The notes beneath the pieces were generated by a model. The model had not been told where the DNA came from and ran no database searches. It worked only from the letters and a program-made list of their open reading frames with translations. From a candidate division WOR-3 bacterium (GTDB taxonomy: Bacteria; Hydrothermota; UBA3072; B12-G15), in contig CBFGJG010000004.1 in NCBI GenBank assembly GCA_965649055.1, positions 1-64,000 on the forward strand: 64,000 nt of DNA. The letters are read 5' to 3'. Below are positions 9,809 through 20,059 of this stretch, piece after piece. Each line of letters begins with the position of its first letter. The first letter of the stretch is position 1. Position numbers and translations under genes: made by a program.

Positions 9809-11362
9809 TTAAATAATCTCGATGTCTAATATTCTATCAAGTTTGAAGTTTCTTACTTCTTTTGACTTACTATCAAGACCTGAAACACCTAAAAATTTAT
9901 GACCATCATATTCAAGTTCACCTACTTCGTAAGGCTCTAAAATTCTCTTTGATTTCTCATCTGTTTTTTTTAAGTATGTTATCTCTATTTTTTTCTTGTT
10001 TTTAATTGCATTTTTAATTAATTCCATTTTTTCATCAGTTCCCATCTTCTTATCTGCTAATTTATATTGATATCCGGTTATAAATTTGACTATTTTCTTG
10101 TCGTTAAATATGTGTCCCTTCGATACTTTTGTTTTTAATATTACACCATCTATAGAGGTGCATCTACTTATTGCAACATAAAACTGGCCCGGTGCAAATA
10201 TGCCGCTCCCAATATCTATTATTATCTTTTCGAATGTCTTTCCCTGACTTTTATGAATGGTTATTGCCCATGCAAGGATAATAGGATACTGAATATATGT
10301 CCCTATAGTTTCTGTATCTATTTTTTTCTCTTTCTCATTGTAGTAATATCTGAATAATTCCCATTTTACCCGATTTACTTCAACAATATTTTTATTTGTA
10401 AGTTCAACAATTATTATATCATTATCATCGTCTTCTTCAACATTTACTACTTTACCGACACTGCCATTTATCCATCTTCCTTTGGAGTCATTGTTAACAA
10501 GCATAACCTGTGCACCTTTTTTTAAAACAATTTCTTCCGGACAGGGAAGATTTTCTTTCTTTTCCTGTATATTTTTAAATTCACCTTCTATAATACCCAA
10601 ATATTTATATTCCCTTCCTTTTAATTCATTTAATCTTTTATTATTTATTTCTTCAGCCTTTTTGTTTGTAGTAACAAGATATATGTATGAATCATTTTTT
10701 GAAGGTTCAAAATCTGGTTTAAATCTTTTATTCAAATATTTAATATCTTTATCTTCAACAGTATTATTTCTTATTCTGTTCAACACTTCAATAAATTCTT
10801 GGTCTTCCTGTCTATAAATCTTCTCAAGTTCTACAAATTGCATATTTAATTCATCAAAGATTTTAGATGAGAAAAAATATGGACTATTGTATTCCTTTTC
10901 AAAAATCTCGCTCTCTTCTTTCTTAACAACTGGTTGTAGTTGATATAAATCACCAAAACAGACTAACTGAACACCACCAAAGGGTTTATTTTTTTTTCTT
11001 CCAAATTTTTTCATAAACTCGTGCATACAGTCAAATAGATCAGCACGAACCATTGATATTTCATCAATAATTAATATATCAATGTTTTTATATAGTTCTG
11101 TATTTTTTATCTTTAATTTTCTTACTTTCTCAATAGTTATATCTGGTTTAAACCTGAAAAAAGAATGTATAGTTTGACCATTTACATTCAAGGCAGCAAC
11201 ACCTGTTGGTGCAAGAACAACTACGTTCTTATCAGTTTTTTCCCTGAAATATTTTAAAAGTGAAGATTTTCCTGTTCCAGCCCTTCCTGTAATAAATACA
11301 TTTTTGCCTTCTTCAATCAATTTTAATGCTTCTTCTATCTTTTCATTTATCTCAAAAATCAT
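9809..11362 (-). CDS. PIF1-family SF1B helicase with C-terminal WYL domain
   Basis: GRAGTGKS, APTGVAA, DEISM, GDLYQLQPV, AITIHKSQGKT, YVAISR; C-terminal IEITY...R.LEPY...RNFKLDRI. Confidence 0.88.
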   Translation of the reverse strand: MIFEINEKIEEALKLIEEGKNVFITGRAGTGKSSLLKYFREKTDKNVVVLAPTGVAALNVNGQTIHSFFRFKPDITIEKVRKLKIKNTELYKNIDILIIDEISMVRADLFDCMHEFMKKFGRKKNKPFGGVQLVCFGDLYQLQPVVKKEESEIFEKEYNSPYFFSSKIFDELNMQFVELEKIYRQEDQEFIEVLNRIRNNTVEDKDIKYLNKRFKPDFEPSKNDSYIYLVTTNKKAEEINNKRLNELKGREYKYLGIIEGEFKNIQEKKENLPCPEEIVLKKGAQVMLVNNDSKGRWINGSVGKVVNVEEDDDNDIIIVELTNKNIVEVNRVKWELFRYYYNEKEKKIDTETIGTYIQYPIILAWAITIHKSQGKTFEKIIIDIGSGIFAPGQFYVAISRCTSIDGVILKTKVSKGHIFNDKKIVKFITGYQYKLADKKMGTDEKMELIKNAIKNKKKIEITYLKKTDEKSKRILEPYEVGELEYDGHKFLGVSGLDSKSKEVRNFKLDRILDIEII

Positions 11363-12709
11363 CTAATCAATTGAGTGCAGAGGTAAACCAATAGATTTTA
11401 AGAGAACTTCCTTTATACCTTCTGAATAAGTGGGATGCGGAAATATCAATTCAAGGGATTCTTCAGGCTTAATCTTTTTAGAAATGAATGTGGAAAATAT
11501 TGTGATGAGTTCTGAAGCGGTTTCTCCAACTATTACAGAACCGAGAATATATCCTTCTTCGCTTAAAAGTATCTTTACACCACCCTGGGTTTTGTCTTCT
11601 GCAACTGCCCTTCCATTCCCGCTGAACTTGAATATTTCTTTTCTGTATTTTATCCCTTTTGAATTTAAAGACTCTTCGGTTTCACCACAAGCTGCATATT
11701 CAGGTTTTGTATACACAACCCTTGGAACAACACTTTCATTGAATTTTTTGCCTTCTCCAAGGATATTATCAACTGCAATCTCTGCTTCATAATAAGCAGT
11801 ATGTGCAAGCATATTTCCACCAATACAATCACCTGCTGCATAAATATTTTTTATGTCTGTCATTAAATAATCGTCAACCTTGATAAATCCTTTATGAACA
11901 CTTATTGAATCAGGAATACCTTCTTTAGAAAGTTCTCTTCCTACAGAAACCATTATTTTATCAAAAGATAAACTTTTTTCATTTCCTTCTTCAAAGATAA
12001 TTTCCTTTTTACCATTATTTGATTTTATTTCCAGAACCTTTGTTTTCAAATGAAATCTTACTCCTATTTTTTCCATTTCTTTTCTTAAAATTGAAGAAAA
12101 TTCACGGTCTTCATTAGGTAAAACTTCTTCCATTATTTCAAAGACTTCAACAGGGACACCAAGGCATCTATAAATATAAGCAAACTCAAGGCCTATAACA
12201 CCACCGCCAATAATACCTATTGATTCTGGCAATTCTTGAGAGAATAAAGCATCTGAACTTGTCCAGTAATCGTCTGCTTTAAAAGGTGGTTTTTTAGTAA
12301 TCGAACCTGTTGCAATCATTATTTTATCAAATTTATATTCTTTATTATCAGAAACAATTGTATCTTCGGAAACCAATTCTGCCTTACTATTTATTATATT
12401 CACATTTCTTTTCTTTAAAAGTAAATTGATACCACCCTGAAGCCTTTTAGTTGAAATTTGAGGTGTCCTTGAAATTTCCTTCCAATCAAATTTGACACCA
12501 TCAAATGATATACCCTTATTTTTCAGTTTATTTATATTATCAATATTTGATACAAGTTTTATAAGTGATTTTACGGGAATACAACCTTCATTAACACATA
12601 CTCCACCTATTTTATCCTTTTCAAATAAAGTAACATCTAAACCCAATAAAGATGCCTTCAATGCACCAAGATAACCTGCTGGTCCACCACCAATTATTCC
12701 AAGCTTCAT
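11363..12709 (-). CDS. lpdA: Dihydrolipoamide dehydrogenase
   Basis: GGGPAG, GGVCVNEGCIP, GGGVIG, MLAH, HPTYSE. Confidence 0.9.
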   Translation of the reverse strand: MKLGIIGGGPAGYLGALKASLLGLDVTLFEKDKIGGVCVNEGCIPVKSLIKLVSNIDNINKLKNKGISFDGVKFDWKEISRTPQISTKRLQGGINLLLKKRNVNIINSKAELVSEDTIVSDNKEYKFDKIMIATGSITKKPPFKADDYWTSSDALFSQELPESIGIIGGGVIGLEFAYIYRCLGVPVEVFEIMEEVLPNEDREFSSILRKEMEKIGVRFHLKTKVLEIKSNNGKKEIIFEEGNEKSLSFDKIMVSVGRELSKEGIPDSISVHKGFIKVDDYLMTDIKNIYAAGDCIGGNMLAHTAYYEAEIAVDNILGEGKKFNESVVPRVVYTKPEYAACGETEESLNSKGIKYRKEIFKFSGNGRAVAEDKTQGGVKILLSEEGYILGSVIVGETASELITIFSTFISKKIKPEESLELIFPHPTYSEGIKEVLLKSIGLPLHSID

Positions 12710-13644
12710 ATTCTCTCCCTTAGGACTGATTTTAATTCTTTTATAAATTCAAATATGTTTCTATTTTTTATTGTAAATCCTGCTGCATTTCTGTGGCCAC
12801 CACCATTGTAAATTCCTGCTATTGCGTCTACATCAACATCATTTTTTGAGCGAAGGGAGATTTTTAATTCATCATCCCTTTCCTTTACTATTGCAGCGGC
12901 CTTTACTCCATCTATCATAAGCCCGTACTGGACAACTTCTTCTGTGTCTTCTTCTTCTGTGTCAAATTTAGCCATCATTTCCTTTGTTACATACATAATG
13001 CTGAAACCGTCTTCAACATCAAGGGTTTCAAGGATAGCACCAAGAAGTCTGATTTTTCCAAGGGTCTCTCTATACCAGATTCTTTCAGAAACAAGACTCG
13101 CATCAACACCATAACTTAAAAGTTCTGATGCTGTGCTCAAAGATTCAGCTGTTGTATTTGAATACCTGAAAGAACCAGTATCAGTAACAAGACCAAGATA
13201 TAAATATGTTGCTATCTCTTTGTCAATTTCGCAGAAATTTTTCAATATCTCGTAGGCAATTTCACAGGTTGAAGAAACCTGTGAGCGAATAATATTTATT
13301 GTTCCAAAGAATTCATTACTTATATGATGGTCTATATTTAGAACTGGTTTGGTGAAATCAATTTTGTTTCTAATCTTACCAATCCTATCGGGGCTTGCCG
13401 AATCAAGTATTATTACTGCATCATAATCAGAATCAGGTGGTTCTGTCTTTATAATTTCAATCTTTTCAAAATGCCTGAATCTTTTTGGAACAGGGTCGAT
13501 ATTGTATATATATGCATTTTTGCCTTTTTTCTTTAATGCAAGTGCAAATGCTATCTGGGAACCGACTGCATCACCATCAGGGTTTTTGTGAGACGATATA
13601 AGGAAATCATCATATTTCGAAAGGAATTCTAATACTTCATCCAA
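12706..13644 (-). CDS. nrnA: DHH/DHHA1 oligoribonuclease / pAp phosphatase
   Basis: HKNPDGDA, IDHH, TDTGSF, GGGHRNAAG; follows rbfA. Confidence 0.9.
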   Translation of the reverse strand: MDEVLEFLSKYDDFLISSHKNPDGDAVGSQIAFALALKKKGKNAYIYNIDPVPKRFRHFEKIEIIKTEPPDSDYDAVIILDSASPDRIGKIRNKIDFTKPVLNIDHHISNEFFGTINIIRSQVSSTCEIAYEILKNFCEIDKEIATYLYLGLVTDTGSFRYSNTTAESLSTASELLSYGVDASLVSERIWYRETLGKIRLLGAILETLDVEDGFSIMYVTKEMMAKFDTEEEDTEEVVQYGLMIDGVKAAAIVKERDDELKISLRSKNDVDVDAIAGIYNGGGHRNAAGFTIKNRNIFEFIKELKSVLRERI

Positions 13645-13951
13645 TAATTTCTTCTCCTATTGTATTTTCAGTATCGTCATAGTGAAATGAAAGTCTTGGT
13701 GTGTATTTAAGTCTCATCTTTTCACCAAGCCTGTGGCTTATAAATCCGCTTGCCTTATTTAATATTTCTTCCATTCTGTATTTGTTCTCATCCTGTGATT
13801 TAAAATAGACCTTTGCATTTTTTAAATCACTCGAACAATCAACATCTGTTATTGAAATAAAATTTATTCTTGGGTCATTAATATCCTTTGCAATGATAAG
13901 AGAAATCTCTTTTCTCAATGTTACATTTATTCTATCTAATCTGTTTTTCAT
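13637..13951 (-). CDS. rbfA: Ribosome-binding factor A
   Basis: DPRI..ISITDV..S.DL..AKVY and LKYTPRLSFHYD; infB operon context. Confidence 0.92.
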   Translation of the reverse strand: MKNRLDRINVTLRKEISLIIAKDINDPRINFISITDVDCSSDLKNAKVYFKSQDENKYRMEEILNKASGFISHRLGEKMRLKYTPRLSFHYDDTENTIGEEIIG

Positions 13952-14232
13952 TTTTTTATCTCCGTTTTATAGTTTATTATCTGAACATTGAAATCTCTTT
14001 CTATCTCTTTAATGGCTTCGGAAAGAACAGAATTTACTATGCTTGCTTCATTCCCGACGGTTGTGATTGCTATCAGCGACCTTTGCCAGGTATCATTATA
14101 ACCAACTTCACTTATAGAAACATTAAACTTATTCCTTATTCTTGACTTTAATGGGTTTAAAATTCTCCTTTTTTCCTTTAATGAAGAAGACAAAGGTATG
14201 TGAATATCTATTGTTGTTAAACCGACTATCAT
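13948..14232 (-). CDS. DUF503 (YlxP-like) protein
   Basis: SSSLKEKR...FNVSISEV...D.WQR; located between infB and rbfA. Confidence 0.88.
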   Translation of the reverse strand: MIVGLTTIDIHIPLSSSLKEKRRILNPLKSRIRNKFNVSISEVGYNDTWQRSLIAITTVGNEASIVNSVLSEAIKEIERDFNVQIINYKTEIKK

Positions 14233-16406
14233 AGTTCTCTTGCTTTTTCTGTTACTTCGATTATTTCAATTATATCATCTTCTTTAAAATCTTCAAAATT
14301 CTCAACACCTATTCCGCATTCAAAGCCTTCCTGAACTTCTTTCACATCGTCTTTAAATCTTTTTAAGGACGATACTTTTGATTCACAAACAACTTCGCCA
14401 TTCCTTATAACCCTGCATTTGTATCCCCTTACTACTTTACCAGATGTAACATAAGAACCTGCAATAATACCAATCTTTGGTATCTTGAATGTTGCTTTCA
14501 CCTTAACTTTTCCGATAGTTTTTTCAATCTGTTCAGGCTCAAGCATTCCAGACAATGCCTTTCGGACATCTTCAATTGCATCGTAGATTATATCATAAGT
14601 TCTTATTTCTACTCCTTCTGCCTTTGCTATTTCTTTTGTTTTAGCATTTGGTTTTACCCTGTAACCAATTATTATGGAATCAGAAGCAGATGCAAGAAGA
14701 ACATCATTTTCATTTATTTCGCCAACAGCTTTATGAACTATGTTTACTTTTATTTCATCTGTTCCAAGTTCAATAAAACTATCTGAGATTGCATCAACTG
14801 CACCCATATCTCCACCTTTAACAATAACATTGAGTTCTTTTAATTGACCAGACATTAAATCACTCTGTATTTTTTCAAGTGAAATCTTTTTCTTTCTTAC
14901 AAGTGATTCCATTCTCTGTATCTGTGCCCTTTTCTCTGCAATCTCTCTTGCTTTCTTCTCATCTTTTATAACCTGAATAAGTTCCCCTGCGTGTGGTAAT
15001 TCTTCAAAACTGCATATTTTTAAGGCAAGACCAGGGGTTGCTTCATTATAAAATCTATTTCTTTCATCGACAATTCTTTTTATCTTTCCATAAGATATTC
15101 CTGCTACTACTGAATCACCAATCCTGAATCTTCCTTTTTTTACAACAGCAGTGCAGATATTACCAAATCCCTGTTCTTTCTTTGCTTCAATAACATAACC
15201 TTCACCGGGACCTTCAAAAGGTGCTTTTAGATTTTGATGCTCTGCAACAAGTAAGATTGATTCAAGAAGTTCATCTATACCTTCACCGGTTTTTGCAGAT
15301 ATGTCGACAGCAATCACATCTCCGCCATATTCCTGAACAAGCAATTTCTGGTCCGCAAGTTGTTGACGAACCATAAGTGGATTTGCGGTCGGAAGGTCTA
15401 TTTTATTTATAGCAACAATTATAGGAACTCCAGCTGATTTTGCGTGATTTATAGCTTCAATGGTCTGTTCCTTAACGCCTTCAGTTGCGGACACAACAAG
15501 AATAACAATATCGGCAACTTTAGCTCCCCTTGCTCTCATCTGTGTAAATGCCTTATGACCGGGAAGGTCAATAAAGGTGATTATTTTACCGTTATATTCA
15601 ACATGATAAGCACCTATCTTCTGTGTAATCTTTCCTTTCTCAAGTGCTGTGAGATTTATGTTTTGGATATATTCAAGGAGGGTAGTCTTCCCGTGGTCTA
15701 CATGACCCATAACTGTTATTACAGGTGGTTTTTCCCTGTAATCGCTGTATTCTTCTTCGGATATTTCTTTTTCAAATTCTTCATGAAGTTCAACTTTGAG
15801 GCCATAATCTTCTGCAAGAAGTGTTATTGTTTCAAAATCAAGTCTTTGATTAATAGTAACAGGTAGACCAAGCTCAAGACATTTTAATATTATCGTGTTT
15901 GGTTCAACTTCAAGAACTTCTGCAAGTTCACTTACTGTTAGTGAAGAAGGTATTTTTAATTTTTCTTCGTCTATCTCTATATTTTCAGCTATTTTCTTCT
16001 TTTTATATTTTTTCTTTCTCCCTTCTATCTTTGCCTTTGTCTCTTTTATTCTTTTTTCAATCTCTTTTTCATCTATCTTCTTTTTCTCTTTTCTCTTTTT
16101 CTTTTTTACAATTCCTTCCTGAGGTGCGACATATATCTCAAGTATTTCTTCTTCGGGAGGTTCTTCTGTTGTGATTACTTCTTCAATTTCTTTTGCAGGT
16201 TCTTCTTTCTTTATTTCCTTTTCTTCTTTTATTTCTTCCTTTATTTCTTTCTTCTTTTTTAGAGAATCTATTATTTTTTTCTCATCTTCTTCAGTTAGAC
16301 TTCCAAGATATCCTTTAACAGAAAGACCAAGTTCGTTTATTATCTCAAGTATCTTTTCTTTTGTCAGGTTTAACTCTTTTGCAAGTATGTAGACTCTTTT
16401 TTTCAT
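14229..16406 (-). CDS. infB: Translation initiation factor IF-2
   Basis: RVYILAKEL N-terminus, MGHVDHGKTTLL, NKID, SSLKRFKDDVKEV. Confidence 0.96.
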   Translation of the reverse strand: MKKRVYILAKELNLTKEKILEIINELGLSVKGYLGSLTEEDEKKIIDSLKKKKEIKEEIKEEKEIKKEEPAKEIEEVITTEEPPEEEILEIYVAPQEGIVKKKKRKEKKKIDEKEIEKRIKETKAKIEGRKKKYKKKKIAENIEIDEEKLKIPSSLTVSELAEVLEVEPNTIILKCLELGLPVTINQRLDFETITLLAEDYGLKVELHEEFEKEISEEEYSDYREKPPVITVMGHVDHGKTTLLEYIQNINLTALEKGKITQKIGAYHVEYNGKIITFIDLPGHKAFTQMRARGAKVADIVILVVSATEGVKEQTIEAINHAKSAGVPIIVAINKIDLPTANPLMVRQQLADQKLLVQEYGGDVIAVDISAKTGEGIDELLESILLVAEHQNLKAPFEGPGEGYVIEAKKEQGFGNICTAVVKKGRFRIGDSVVAGISYGKIKRIVDERNRFYNEATPGLALKICSFEELPHAGELIQVIKDEKKAREIAEKRAQIQRMESLVRKKKISLEKIQSDLMSGQLKELNVIVKGGDMGAVDAISDSFIELGTDEIKVNIVHKAVGEINENDVLLASASDSIIIGYRVKPNAKTKEIAKAEGVEIRTYDIIYDAIEDVRKALSGMLEPEQIEKTIGKVKVKATFKIPKIGIIAGSYVTSGKVVRGYKCRVIRNGEVVCESKVSSLKRFKDDVKEVQEGFECGIGVENFEDFKEDDIIEIIEVTEKAREL

Positions 16407-17692
16407 TATTCACCTAAATTCAAAGCCTTATGTATCTCCATAAATATCTTATCAACTGTTTTTTTACCAAGTCCCGGTAATTTTATGAGTTCTTCTTCAC
16501 TTGAAGACATAATGTCTTTTGCTGTTTTAAATCCATGTTTCTTTAAAATCTCAACAACCTTCTCGTTTAAACCAAGTTCTTCAATCTTCAATTTTTTTCT
16601 CTTAGCTTCTTCTACTTCCTTGTGATGTTCAGACTGTGAAACAATCTGGATATTATATCCTGTTATTTCATTCGCAAGTTTAATATTTGATTCATCTTTT
16701 CCTATTGCAGTTGAAACCTGATCATCCGGGACAACACATATTGCTTTATTACCTGGCTTTTTTATCATGACTTTTAAAACCTTTGCAAGTGAAAGAGATC
16801 TTCCTATGAACACTACCGGGTCAGCACTCCATGGAATAATATCTATTTTTTCACCACTTAATTCCTTTGATATTCCCTGAATCCTTGTTCCCCTTGGTCC
16901 AACACATGCACCGAGCGGGTCAATCTTTTCATTCTTTGAGTAAACTGCAATTTTGCATCTAACGCCCGGGATCCTTACAATTTTCTTTATCTCAACTTCG
17001 TTTTTAAGTATCTCGGGAATTTCAAACTCAAGGAGTTTTGCTACAAATTGCTTGCTTGTCCTTGTAAGATATACAACAGGTCCTTTTATCTTTACCTTTT
17101 CCCTGTCAGAAGGTCTTTCTTCTACCATCTTTACAATTGCTTTTATAGTCTTACCTTTCTTAACAATCTCATTTGGAATCATATCTTCTTTATCAATGAA
17201 GGCTTCTATGTCTACAAGTTTCACATAACATCCGGCAGCATAATGATTGGTAATTGTTCCTGTTACAAGTTCCCCGATTTTATTCTGATATTTCTTAAGC
17301 ATAATTTCTCTTTCAGATTCCTTAAATTTCTGTATGAGATTATTTTTAACCTGATTTATTGTGTATCTGCTGAATAGTTCCGAGACAGGGTAAGGATAAT
17401 ATATTTTATCACCAACCTTTGCGTCAGGATTTATATTCAATGCATCTTCAAGTGAAATTTCTTCAATCTCGTTTTTTACATCTGTTTTGTTTCTCACCAC
17501 CTTCTTTTCGAGATAAAGCTTCACTTCACCTGTTGATTCGGAAATTTCACATATAAAACCTTCTTTTTTGTTAAATTTAAGTTCTGCAGCTTTAAGGATT
17601 GAATCCTTTAAAGCCGAGACAACAAATTGTTTATCAAATCCCTTTTCCCTTGCAAGTTCTGTTAACATCTCTACAACTTCTCTATTTATCAT
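16406..17692 (-). CDS. nusA: Transcription factor NusA
   Basis: [35 protein letters not shown]-terminal HhH motif (LPGLGKKT). Confidence 0.95.
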   Translation of the reverse strand: MINREVVEMLTELAREKGFDKQFVVSALKDSILKAAELKFNKKEGFICEISESTGEVKLYLEKKVVRNKTDVKNEIEEISLEDALNINPDAKVGDKIYYPYPVSELFSRYTINQVKNNLIQKFKESEREIMLKKYQNKIGELVTGTITNHYAAGCYVKLVDIEAFIDKEDMIPNEIVKKGKTIKAIVKMVEERPSDREKVKIKGPVVYLTRTSKQFVAKLLEFEIPEILKNEVEIKKIVRIPGVRCKIAVYSKNEKIDPLGACVGPRGTRIQGISKELSGEKIDIIPWSADPVVFIGRSLSLAKVLKVMIKKPGNKAICVVPDDQVSTAIGKDESNIKLANEITGYNIQIVSQSEHHKEVEEAKRKKLKIEELGLNEKVVEILKKHGFKTAKDIMSSSEEELIKLPGLGKKTVDKIFMEIHKALNLGE

Positions 17693-17963
17693 AGTGCCTC
17701 CTATTTATCCCAGGTGAAGATACTTCAAGTGTGTATCTTGTTTTTATTAAGTCTTCAACATCAAGCCTTGTGGATAGTTCCTTTGATATCTTTACACAAT
17801 CATCAAGGGTAATTCCACCCGGCTTATCAACAAAAACCCTTAAAATTTTTACTGGATATTTCATCTCAATTTCTATAAGTTCATATTTTTCATCTTCAAA
17901 AATGCTCAATGTTTCAAGCACAATTTTCTTTATTTTTTCTTTTAATTCTTCAATTCCTTCCAT
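17682..17963 (-). CDS. rimP: Ribosome maturation factor RimP (N-terminal domain only)
   Basis: [16 protein letters not shown]...YTLEVSSPG; directly upstream of nusA. Confidence 0.88.
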   Translation of the reverse strand: MEGIEELKEKIKKIVLETLSIFEDEKYELIEIEMKYPVKILRVFVDKPGGITLDDCVKISKELSTRLDVEDLIKTRYTLEVSSPGINRRHYDK

Positions 17964-19642
17964 ATTTTTTCAACACTTTCCTTTACTTTTTCTGGTTCTG
18001 TTTTTATTATTTCCCTGTTATCCCTTCTCGAGATTTCAACCTTTCCTTCTTTCATAACTTTTGGACCAATCGTAATCCTGATTGGAATTCCAATCAAATC
18101 TGCATCTTTAAATTTAGCACCAGGCCCAATGTCTCTGTCGTCTAAGAGTATTTCGTATTTCTCTCCTAATATTTTATAAAGATTTTCGGAAATTTCAAGT
18201 GATTTATTATCTTTTATATCAACAAGGGTTATTATTGCATCAAAAGGGGATATGGAAACAGGCCATATTATTCCATCTTTGTCGTTGTAAATTTCAATTG
18301 CAGTAGCCATAATTCTTTCAACACCTATACCATAACTTCCCATCACTATTGGTTTTTGTCTTCCATCTTTATCTGTGAAATTTGCACCTATTGCTTCGGA
18401 ATACTTTCTTCCGAGTTTAAAAATATGTCCAAGCTCGATTGTGTTTTTTAATATTATTTTTGAAGAACATTTCTTACATATATCACCTTCTTTTACATTT
18501 CTTATATCAACAAATTTTAATGGCTTAAAATCTCTTCCAATCTCAATTCCCTGAAGGTGATAATCATCTTTATTTGCGCCGCTCACAAGGTTTCTTCCAT
18601 CTCTTAAACTTATATCAACATACGAAGGGATATTTAATCCGACAGGACTTATATAACCTTTAGTGGCACCTGTAAATTTTTTAATCTCATCATCACTTGC
18701 CGGTCTTGAATTCTTAAATAATTGCAAGAATTTGTTTTCATTTACTTCGTAATCACCCCTTATAAGGACAAAGAAAGGATTCCCGTTTTCATCAATATAT
18801 AATAAACTTTTCATAAGCATATATTCAGGGACTGAAAGAAACTGAGATACTTCTTTTACAGAACCTGTGATGGGTGTATGAATTAATTTAAGGGAAGAAC
18901 TTTCACCAAAATCCACAGGCAAAGGCTCTGTTTCAGCAACATCAATATTTGAAGAATATCCACATTTTTCACAAAAGACAATGCTGTCTTCGCCTGCTTT
19001 TGACGGAACCATAAATTCGTGAGATTGTGAACCACCCATAATTCCGCTTGATGCTGAAACAACTATAGTATTTAATTTAACCCGACTGAAAATTTTTTCA
19101 TAGGCTTCATAATGAAGTTTATAACTTTTGTCAAGACCTTCTTCATTAATATCAAAAGAATAGGAATCCATCATTATAAATGTTCTTGCCCTTAAAACTC
19201 CACCCCTTGGCCTTAACTCGTCCCTGTATTTTATCTGGATTTGATACCACATTTGCGGAAGGTCATTATAGGATTTGATATCAATCCTTGCAAGCTCGGT
19301 CATTATTTCTTCGTGTGTTGGAGCAAGTGCATAATCCCTTTGTTTTCTGTCTTTTAAACGAAACATCTCGTCTCCGTATTCTTCCCATCTCCCTGTTTTT
19401 TCCCAGAGTTCTTTCGGGGTTAATGCAGGAAGCAATAGTTCCTGTGCCCCAATTCTATCCATTTCTTCCCTTATTATATTTATGATTTTCTTAAGAACCT
19501 TCCATCCTAAAGGAAGATAAACATATACACCACTTGATAATAATTTTATAAAACCACCCCTTAAAAGTAAAATATGGCTTATATTTGTTGCTTCTTTCGG
19601 TGTTTCTTTAAGGGTTGGTATGTAGCTTTCAGTCCATTTCAT
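17942..19642 (-). CDS. proS: Proline--tRNA ligase (bacterial type with INS editing domain)
   Basis: [32 protein letters not shown]. Confidence 0.96.
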   Translation of the reverse strand: MKWTESYIPTLKETPKEATNISHILLLRGGFIKLLSSGVYVYLPLGWKVLKKIINIIREEMDRIGAQELLLPALTPKELWEKTGRWEEYGDEMFRLKDRKQRDYALAPTHEEIMTELARIDIKSYNDLPQMWYQIQIKYRDELRPRGGVLRARTFIMMDSYSFDINEEGLDKSYKLHYEAYEKIFSRVKLNTIVVSASSGIMGGSQSHEFMVPSKAGEDSIVFCEKCGYSSNIDVAETEPLPVDFGESSSLKLIHTPITGSVKEVSQFLSVPEYMLMKSLLYIDENGNPFFVLIRGDYEVNENKFLQLFKNSRPASDDEIKKFTGATKGYISPVGLNIPSYVDISLRDGRNLVSGANKDDYHLQGIEIGRDFKPLKFVDIRNVKEGDICKKCSSKIILKNTIELGHIFKLGRKYSEAIGANFTDKDGRQKPIVMGSYGIGVERIMATAIEIYNDKDGIIWPVSISPFDAIITLVDIKDNKSLEISENLYKILGEKYEILLDDRDIGPGAKFKDADLIGIPIRITIGPKVMKEGKVEISRRDNREIIKTEPEKVKESVEKIWKELKN

Positions 19643-19648
19643 AAATAT

Positions 19649-19676
19649 AAAATAACAAAATGTTATAATATGTCAA
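19649..19676 (-). promoter_or_regulatory. Probable leaderless promoter of the proS operon
   Basis: TTGACA-N16-TATTTT-N6-ATG; no SD. Confidence 0.5.
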
Positions 19677-19702
19677 TAAAAATTTAAACTTAAAAAAAAT
19701 CC

Positions 19703-19731
19703 TTGACAAAATTTTAAAAATCATTTATAAT
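19703..19731 (+). promoter_or_regulatory. Consensus sigma70 promoter pointing into the CRISPR leader
   Basis: TTGACA-N17-TATAAT with an A-rich upstream tract. Confidence 0.8.
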
Positions 19732-19757
19732 AAAAATACAAAATAAAAATTAAATTC

Positions 19758-19768
19758 GCTCTTTGAAA
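19758..19768 (+). promoter_or_regulatory. boxA-like Nus antitermination signal
   Basis: GCTCTTTGAAA about 20 nt after the predicted TSS; matches the GYTCTTT(A/G)AMA consensus. Confidence 0.65.
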
Positions 19769-19853
19769 TTAGAATAGTTTTTTATACCGGATTAAGGGAT
19801 AATTTATTACAAATTACTAACTTTGTAATAATTTTCCTGAACGACGCCTGAAG

Positions 19854-19994
19854 TTTTCCACATTTTTTCCACAACGAGATAACAAGTTATTGATAATAAT
19901 TGAGTTATAGCGAAAATTAAAAAAAATTTCAAACTCATCGTCGTTGTGGTTCAAAATGAATGAGTTATGAAAAATGTGGATAAAATGTGGATAA
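19854..19994. promoter_or_regulatory. Two oppositely oriented pairs of DnaA-box-like 9-mers around an IHF-like site
   Basis: TTTTCCACA at 19854 and 19865; TGTGGATAA at 19975 and 19986; WATCAANNNNTTR on minus at 19883-19895. Confidence 0.5.
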
Positions 19995-20059
19995 TTTTTA
20001 GGTCTGTGTCGGAAATGCCCTTATAAGTTATTGGTGTTAAATAACTTTCAAGGGGTGCT

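Noticed and set aside
15950..16280. Low-complexity purine/pyrimidine-biased tract with overlapping short ORFs
   Set aside because: It encodes the Lys/Glu-rich N-terminal linker of IF-2
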